Assembly (NCBI GenBank): GCA_965240325.2
Contig: OZ251223.1
Location: 744,001 to 808,000, forward strand
Direction of reading: 5' to 3'
DNA length: 64,000 bases
Origin: Rebecca billardiae RCC1528
Taxonomy: Eukaryota > Protista > Haptophyta
A model generated the notes under the pieces. That model was not told where the DNA came from. It saw nothing but the letters and a program-made list of their open reading frames with translations, and searched no databases. This document shows, one piece after another, positions 56,910 through 64,000 of this stretch. A program made the position numbers and the translations under genes. Within the stretch, counting starts at the first letter, position 1. Each line of letters begins with the position of its first letter.

Positions 56910-58109
56910 ATGAGGCGGACGTTCGTGCTCGCTCTGGCGGCGGTGTGTCACGGCGTGAGCTGCGAGGCGGCGGCACCCGCCGGTGACGTGCACATCCTCG
57001 CCCCGGGGGAGAACCGCACCATCGAGCTACGCGTCGTCCGCGCGTCGGGCGGTGCCAAGCCGGATCACGTGCAAGTCTGCTTCCGCGGCTCCCTCCTCAA
57101 CCCGCTCCGCGTGTGGCACCGCGGCGAGCTGCGCTTTGAGTCCTCCGTGGGCCCAGCCATCGTGCAGATCGCGCAGGGCGTTGACGCGCGGCCGTTCGAG
57201 CCGCTTGGCGCGCTCTCGAGGCTGCTCTTCCCGCGCGACTCCGCGAGCGCGCTGGACGAGGTCCGATACGTGTCACCGTACGGGCAGTCGTGCGTGCGGG
57301 TCGCGCAAGCAGAGAGCCGCAGCTCGAAGCCGGCCGCGGTGCACGCCAGCGCGCGCTTCCACTTCGTGTGGCACCTGCCGCTCATGCTGTGCGTGGGCGC
57401 GGTGCTCGCGTGGTGCTCGCGCGGCTGGTCTCAGCACACGGCGTTCTACTACGCGAGTGGGGCGGGCGTCGCGCTGGTGCTCGGCGTCCTCCTCGCCGGC
57501 CTGTTCGTCGTCGACCGCGTGCTCTCCGGCAAGTGGCGGCGGGTCGGCGCGTCGGCGCTCATGTTCCTGGGCTACCTGGGCAAGGCCGCCGACGTGCTGC
57601 GCACGAGCGCCGAGGAGCTGCTCGGCACGTACTGGCGGCTCTGCCTGCTGTACGTGCTGCTGTGCGGCGGGGCGGGCCTCGCGTGGGTGCACCGCGCGGT
57701 GTGCAGCGCATCGGGAGTGCCTGACTGGTGGCGGGGCGTCACGCACGCCATGCTCCTCGTCGGCGGCGTCGCCATGGCGCTCAGCTCGACCTACTCGACC
57801 GCGCTGCAGATCGGCGCCGTCAGCGCGGCCCTCGCGCTCGGGCTCGCGGCTGCGGCCTGTCCGGCGGCTCCGCGCGCGGCGATGTGGGCGTACCTGTTCG
57901 AGGCGCAGCCGGCGCCGGCGCCGACGCGCACCATCCTCGCGAGCAAGCGCTGGCTCTCGGCCGAGGAGTACGAGATGCAGGGCGAGATCGAGACCGAGCG
58001 CGCACTCAAGGACTTGTGCTCGAGCCCGGCGTTCCAGCGCTGGCTGCTGACCAACCACCGCGGCATGACGTCGCACACGGCCGCGGCGGCCGCCCAATCG
58101 CCCACCTGA
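56910..58109 (+). CDS. NEMP/TMEM194 (DUF2215) nuclear envelope integral membrane protein
   Basis: Signal peptide; FYYASG followed by TM helices; C-terminal WLSAEEYEMQGEIETERALKDLCSSP matches the NEMP conserved region. Confidence 0.82.
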   Translation: MRRTFVLALAAVCHGVSCEAAAPAGDVHILAPGENRTIELRVVRASGGAKPDHVQVCFRGSLLNPLRVWHRGELRFESSVGPAIVQIAQGVDARPFEPLGALSRLLFPRDSASALDEVRYVSPYGQSCVRVAQAESRSSKPAAVHASARFHFVWHLPLMLCVGAVLAWCSRGWSQHTAFYYASGAGVALVLGVLLAGLFVVDRVLSGKWRRVGASALMFLGYLGKAADVLRTSAEELLGTYWRLCLLYVLLCGGAGLAWVHRAVCSASGVPDWWRGVTHAMLLVGGVAMALSSTYSTALQIGAVSAALALGLAAAACPAAPRAAMWAYLFEAQPAPAPTRTILASKRWLSAEEYEMQGEIETERALKDLCSSPAFQRWLLTNHRGMTSHTAAAAAQSPT

Positions 58110-58754
58110 TGAGCCTCAGGTGACGCGCCGCGCCACCTTCGCCCGGTCGGTGGCCCGCGCCGCTCGCATTCGGCGGCGCGGCTCTGTGGCCAGTCCAGCG
58201 TCGCAGCGTCGTGACGCAGCCAGACCGACAGTCGCACTCGCAGGGCCAGGCCTCAATCGAACGGCTGATATACGCCGATTCGTCACACTCGTCACAGTGA
58301 CGACCAGCTGCGCGGTGATGATGCTGACGATGAGTGAATAAGTTATTAGTGAGCTATCATATCATTATTCATTATCATTGATGATGGAGTTACTGAACTC
58401 ACTCATGGAGTAGTATATTAATCGGGCGTCACTTTTTAATATATTCACTAATCACTGCTGGCTGATGGTGACTCAGAATATGGTGACAGTCGGATGACCG
58501 CGTACTGTATCTAGTGTATTGGCAACGCAATCGTACGTCCGTGGCTCCGGCTCCGGTCCACCCCCCCAGGCCCAGCGGCTCCGTTACGTCTTGGCCCCCG
58601 CGGAGCCGAACTCGAAGTCAACCGCACAAGCGGACCATGCAGTGCAGAGTCCCTTCCGACCCCCGATTGATGATGATACTTCGCTGTTTGCAACGAGAAG
58701 AAATGTCGCATCCGACCACCTCCCATCAATAGGTTCAGACTCTAAGTCTATTTT

Positions 58755-60729
58755 GGCCCGCGGTGCAGGGCGGAGCGCGCAGCGTGGAGCCCGCACCAGC
58801 GGGCCCGAACCACGTTTCAAAAAGATCTTTGATCAGCAAGAAAAAGGGACGGGGGCCGATTTTTAGGGCTGGCGGAGACCGAATTTCGATTTTTGAGATC
58901 GCAGTAGAGAGGTCTATCCCGGTCGAAATGACCGCGCCCACAGATTTCGCCTATTCAATCGTGGACGGCCGGGCGTGAGATTCCGTCAGGTTGTGTGAAG
59001 TTGGACGGTTACAAGTTCGATACAACATCACCCCCTTTCGAGGCTATTTTCGTCTTGATAGTTTGCCTCCCCCCTTCATTAATAGTGTGAAGTAGGACGG
59101 TCATCTAGACGACTATCAGTGGGGGCATGGTGCCATCTGATCTTGGGTGATTGTGGGTACTCTCGTTCAGGGGGCATGGTGCCATATCTTGGGTGATTGT
59201 GGGTACTCTCGTTCAGTCTACCCACAATTACCCAGTCTGAGAGCTTATCACGCCAGATTCCTCCGCACACGGGTTTACTAGTTAGACAGGGTCGGAGCGC
59301 ATATACAAAAACGAACCGTCACAATCCCGCGCACCGTCGCCATAAAGACGCCAACTCGCGACTCGAAAGCCGAAAGCTCAAGCGGGGGGCTGCCACACGC
59401 CCACGGGCGAGCCCTCGCTCGTCCTCGACCACCATCGGTGTGGACGACCGCGCGGAGCGCGCGCCGCGCGCGCGCCGCGCGCGCGGCCGCGGGCGCCTCC
59501 CGCGCGGGCGGCACACGCCCGCCCGCGCGCCCGCCCGCGCGCGCGTCCGCGTTTGCAGCGGGCGCGCGCGGATCAATCAGCCATCAGGCTTCCGTGTCGG
59601 GCTGTTGCGTCCGACATGCGCCATGTCGTGGCGTGCGCATGCGCGTACTCTCGGTGGGGTGGTGCGCGGGCGGCGGCGCTTTCCTGATTTCTACCCCGCG
59701 CCCGTAGTGTCGCTGTGCGTGGCGCGCCGGCTGCGTCGCGCAGGCACGCGAGTCCGCGGGAGCCATCCGCGAGCGCGACGACGGCCGGCATCCGGCCGGA
59801 TGGAGACAGACAATTGACAGGCAGGTACTCGCGTGGAGGCGCTGGGCGCCGAGCCGGCGAAGCGCGACGCCGAGCTCGACGCGTGCGCGCAGAGGCGCTG
59901 GGCGCCGACCTGGCGAAGCGAGACGCCGAGCTCGACGCGCTGCGCTCGCGGTACGGCGCGGACGCGCTGGGCGGTCGCGCTGCCCTTGTCGACGCCCTGC
60001 AGCAGCTCGAGCAGGTGTGGACGGCCCTCGAAGCGACCGTGGGCGAGCGCGCGCGGCTCAGTCTGCCGCTGGCCGCCGCCGTCCTCGAGGCCGACGCGGC
60101 GGAGCAGGCGGCGGGCGAGCACGGCGGCGCGGTGCGGAGCAAGCGCACGCCGCGCTGGGCGCCAGGGCGGCGGGCGCGAGACGCCACTCACCTCGTTCCA
60201 CCCCGAGCTCCGCTCGGTCTGCGCGTGGCTGCGCAGCGCGGGCGGGCAGCAGTGGCGCGCGCTCTCGCTCTCCGGGCAGACTCTCCCGGCATGAGGCGCG
60301 CCGGCTGAGCGACCAGCGGCCCTTCGTCGAGCGCATGGCGCAGCGCGAGCACCTCAAGCTGAAGCAGGTGCGCCGGCGCACGCGCGCACGCGCCGGCCCG
60401 CGCCGCGCGGCGCCTCTCGCCCTCTCGCCCTGCGCGCGCGCCGCCCCGCTTCCCCGCGCGGCCCGTCCGCGCCTCTCGCCCTGCGAGCGCGCCGCCCCGC
60501 TTTCCCGCGCGGCCCGTCCGCTGGTGTCCCATGCCACCCTTGGCCGTGCGCGCCCATACTCGCGCCGAGTCCGAGACGCCAGACGGGTCTGACTCTCACT
60601 CTCAGAGTGGCTGAACTGTCTTTCTGACTCGCGGACTGACTGACTCGTCAGTCTCATTTTCAACCACTGCGCCGCGGGCCCCTAACTGCGTTGGTTCTAC
60701 GGAAAAGGACCGCGGAACGCGGTCATTAC
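58755..60729 (+). mobile_element. Non-autonomous Helentron/Helitron2-like element, copy 2
   Basis: Preceded by tttt. 5' ggcccgcggtgcag (58755-58768) is inverted to ctgcgccgcgggcc (60667-60680, one mismatch). Same hairpin gaccgcggaacgcggtc (60708-60724) followed by attac. Homologous to 22825-24758. Confidence 0.7.
59121..59234. repeat. ~49-bp tandem duplication followed by an inverted partial copy, inside element copy 2
   Basis: ggggcatggtgccat..atcttgggtgattgtgggtactctcgttcag twice; cccacaattaccca (59221-59234) is the near reverse complement of tgggtgattgtggg. Confidence 0.85.
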
Positions 60730-61226
60730 TATGAAATTACCCGTCACTGCTTACTCAGATTTCAGCACAGTCCGGGAGCGTTCCGGACACCTGTATATAT
60801 ATATGGGAAACTTGAGACCCGGACAATGGGTATTTAGCCTTTAGGTACCTATAGAAAATATAGAGTCTGAACCTATTGGAGGTGTGGCTGATATATATAT
60901 GATCCATATCTGGGCGTAATGATTTAGCAGTATCGTAATGGATCATTGCTGGATGCCGCATCCATCGACATCGCCCCAAGGGCAAGGGCCTGAGCCAAGG
61001 GCCCCGCAGCCCGCCCCGCTTGGGGAGTGGGGTGCGGTCTAGCTAGGAGTAGGAGCTAGTCGTAGATCATCAGAGGCGGCGATCCCGCCGATTGCAGTGT
61101 CAAGATGTAACGCTCCAGTGACCGGACTGGGGGGGGTGGACCGAAGCCGGAGCCCCGTCATCTTGCCTGAAAGCCCTTAGGAAAAACTCGTCGCACCACA
61201 TCATCACCGTCGATCATCCTCGTTGA

Positions 61227-62604
61227 TCACGCGGCCAGGGCGCCGCACACGGCAAAGCTGGCGGCAGCGCGCCGCACGCACGTCCTCGTCGGATGCTGGC
61301 TGTCCCCAAGCCGCACGATGCCGCTGGCATCTGCCTGCGGCAGCGCCTGCGGTGCAGCGCTCTGCTTGCGGGGCTGGGCGCGGGGAGCGCTGCTGCCAGG
61401 CAGCGGCTTGAGCTCCATGTCGGCGAGGGGGTTGAGCGCTGAGTCGTCGGCCATCGTGCGCGCACCGGCGGGCACAGAGTGAGGCGCCTGCCTACGGCTA
61501 TCATCGGGTATCTCGACGGTGGCGTCGTCACGCTCTTCGCCCGGCCGCAGCGCACACGCGGCGTCACGGGGCCCGGAGAGGCCGATGCCCTCCGCGCGGA
61601 GCGCGCCCACCGCGGCGTTTGCGAGCGGCACGCCCGCCGCGTGGTCGGGTATCATCAGCCGGTACGCCGCGCCAGTGTCGCGCGCGAGCGCCGCCGCGGC
61701 GAGGCGAACCGCCTCCTCCGCCTCGGGCGCGTGCTGGTGCGCCCCGCGCTCCTCGAGCGGGCGCAGCATGTCGTCCAGCACGCCGTACAGGCAGTACGCC
61801 ACCTGGCGCGCGCGCAGCAGCTGCTCCGCCTGCAGGCTCGGCACGTCCGCCAGCGGCGGCGGGAAGTCCAGGGCGCTCACCTGGCGGGCGCGAGAGAGGG
61901 CGGGCCGCGGGGGGTGAGCACCGGGCTCGCACGCTGGGATGGCCGCACAGGCGCACCGCAGGCCAGAGCGCGCTCAGCCGCTACGCGCGAGAGCGCGCAC
62001 CGACGGCTCGCACGCGGCGCTCGCGACTCTGCGCCGCTTGTGTGGTTGCGGGCGGAGAGGCTGGCTGCGACGCGCGCCGCCGCTGGGCCTCGCCACCTCC
62101 TCGACCGTATCCGCCGCGGACGCCGCCGCGTCGGGCGCGCTCATGCCGGAGCCGCCGCCGCCGCCGTCGGTGCTGTCCTGCTCTGAGCGCGCGTGGCGGA
62201 CCGCCTCCTCAAAGGCGCGCGCGAGCAATCGGTTGGCTGTGCGCGGCGGTGGCCCAGAGGGGTCGAACGCCGTGAGTTGCTGCGCGGCGGACCAGATGTA
62301 CTTCAGGTCACCGAAGGAGAACACGAGAGTCGCGTCACGGCCCATTGGGCGCGTGGCCACGATCTCTGGCGGGGCAGACTGCACATCGCACACGCGAGCC
62401 GGCCACGCCGGGAAGCCGCGGAGCTGCGCGCACGGCACATCAGGGGGCGCATGCGGTCAAAGGCGCGGCGGGGGGGGCGCGACACCAGCACGTTCACGCC
62501 GATCGGCGCGTGCCCCGAGCGCGTGCCAGGCGCACAGGACGCGCTCCGTCCTGCGCGCGCGTGCACACCTTGACCCAGACCAGCTCACCCGCGCCAAACG
62601 GCAT
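61227..62604 (-). CDS. PWWP-domain protein, 3 exons
   Basis: Exons 62604-62569 (MPFGAGELVWVK), 62423-62001 (LRGFPAWPARV...LVFSFGDLKYIW...LTAF...AFEEAV) and 61880-61227, with GT-AG introns. Confidence 0.85.
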
Positions 62605-63623
62605 GCGGCCCGGAGCCGTGCGACCGGCGGTGTCTTGTGTACGACCGATCGAGCGCTCTGGCACAGGACGTGCAGCAGCGCACGCCGAGTGCTGCTGGCC
62701 CCGCCCCCCGGCACGAACGTCGACTGGCGTCTAAGCCGCCGACGCGGGCCGCTTGATCTGCCTGCGCGAGAAGGCGCGACGGCGCGTGTTCGATTTGCAG
62801 TCACCGCTCGGCACACCGGCCGAACTCGCCGACGAAACTGTACGGACCGACGTACGGCGCGCGTTGTCCGCGGCGGCTGCAACCAAGGGAGGTCCCTTGC
62901 TGCAACCCCCCTGGCCCTGCGCGGGCCTCGGCGACGACCTGGACTCTCACTCACAGTGAGCGGGAATGAAGACTCGATCATCAGTGGACTGTGACGACTT
63001 CTTGCCACCAGTGGCGGGACCGCGGGAGTGTCGCTGCACCCCGCCCCGCCGGGGACTGCCCGCCCTAGGAGTTTGGATCTGCCCGCAGCATCGCTGCATC
63101 GCCTGCGCCACTGCCGCCAGCGTCGGAGCTCTCCGACTAAGGCGGCAGGCGCCGGGCCGCCATCATCCGAAATGAAAATCGGGGCGTCACATTCTCCGCA
63201 GCCACGATTACTGTAGAGCTTATTAGGCACGATGCGGGCAGTGAGCTTGCTAATGCTAAGGCACTGAGCCACTGGCACAGTGAGGGACTGAGGGCAGTCA
63301 CTGAGTCAGTCGGAACCGGGCCCGCGCCGCGCGGGGGGGAGTCAACCGATGCCATGTACATAATGTCACGTCGTTCGGACCGCTGGGCACTGCCAGTGCC
63401 ACTAGACTGACCGGCAGCAGGCTGTACCGCTGTAGCTGTAGGCGTAGCTAATTAGATTTTTAGTTTAGCTTATAGTTACTCGGTGATTCCAGGCACCGGC
63501 GCAGTAAGCGCATAGCCATAAGCCATCGGCCAGTGCCTGACTGAGCCGAGTGTGCACGTTATGCCGTGAGGATAAAAGTTATTAGTAGTTATCTGCGCGG
63601 CATGACTGGCGCTTCATCTTCAT

Positions 63624-63663
63624 GTACATATATATATATATATACACATATATATATATATAC
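63624..63663. repeat. (TA)n microsatellite
   Basis: Visible TA run; similar runs at 31560-31590 and 31679-31700. Confidence 0.9.
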
Positions 63664-64000
63664 ACTCGCCCCACGGGCGGCCACACGTGACCTGTTAAGA
63701 TGAGGTCACGGTAGCCGCGCCGGCGCGCGCGCGGAGAGGCGAGGAAGTGGTGTTTCGCGGAAAAACGCTCTGTAGCATTGTGCTCAACCCATGTGGGCAC
63801 CCGCTCCACAAGTTTGCGGTACGCCAAACCGCACACAGCGGCCTGAGCAGCTCCCAGACTGAGTTTCGCTCTTGAAGCCTGGTTTTGGGCCAGATCTTGG
63901 TGTGGATGTAGCGCGGCGAGGAGGCGCCGGGCGCGCGCCCGAGCTGCGTGCTGCCACTCGCCATGACCCATAGACATCGTCCGTCGCGAACGACCTGGCT

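Noticed and set aside
61000-61046. GC hairpin followed by CTAG as a canonical Helitron 3' end
   Set aside because: The stem is imperfect, CTAG is not followed by T, no matching 5' TC end was identified, and there is no second copy in the window.
32027-62604. Functional cluster of chromatin genes (KDM3, PHD-ELM2-SANT, NEMP, PWWP)
   Set aside because: They are interspersed with unrelated genes and such domains are common in eukaryotes; no evidence beyond chance.

Overview
Gene-dense eukaryotic nuclear DNA of very high GC content, with short GT-AG introns made largely of (GC)n that lack polypyrimidine tracts. Two genes carry signal-peptide plus transit-peptide-like leaders. The style suggests a secondary-plastid alga such as a haptophyte (inference only). 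About 20 protein genes are supported: CTF8, CCT7, ETFA, a CPBP protease, a homeobox protein, ARMC3-like, F-box/RCC1, MAPEG, a sulfotransferase, U1A/U2B'', a PA-SURF4 fusion, a chromodomain-KDM3 demethylase, Sel1-MYND, MORN-PHD-ELM2-SANT, WD40/coiled-coil, NEMP, PWWP, a 5'-truncated glycosyltransferase and several unknowns. Twelve of them form six head-to-head pairs with start codons only 63-248 bp apart. The mobile fraction comprises two copies of a ~1.95-kb Helentron/Helitron2-like non-autonomous element (asymmetric 13-14 bp inverted repeat, 3' hairpin, shared gene-like cargo), a 1.7-kb GAG...CTC TIR element with arrays of subterminal repeats in a TA microsatellite, and a 0.9-kb 18-bp-TIR element. 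The most notable leads are the cargo-carrying Helentron-like family, three unusual domain fusions, self-complementary (GC)n introns, and a recurrent GAGTC/TGACT-rich intergenic sequence type. All calls come from reading motifs by eye; no database searches were run.
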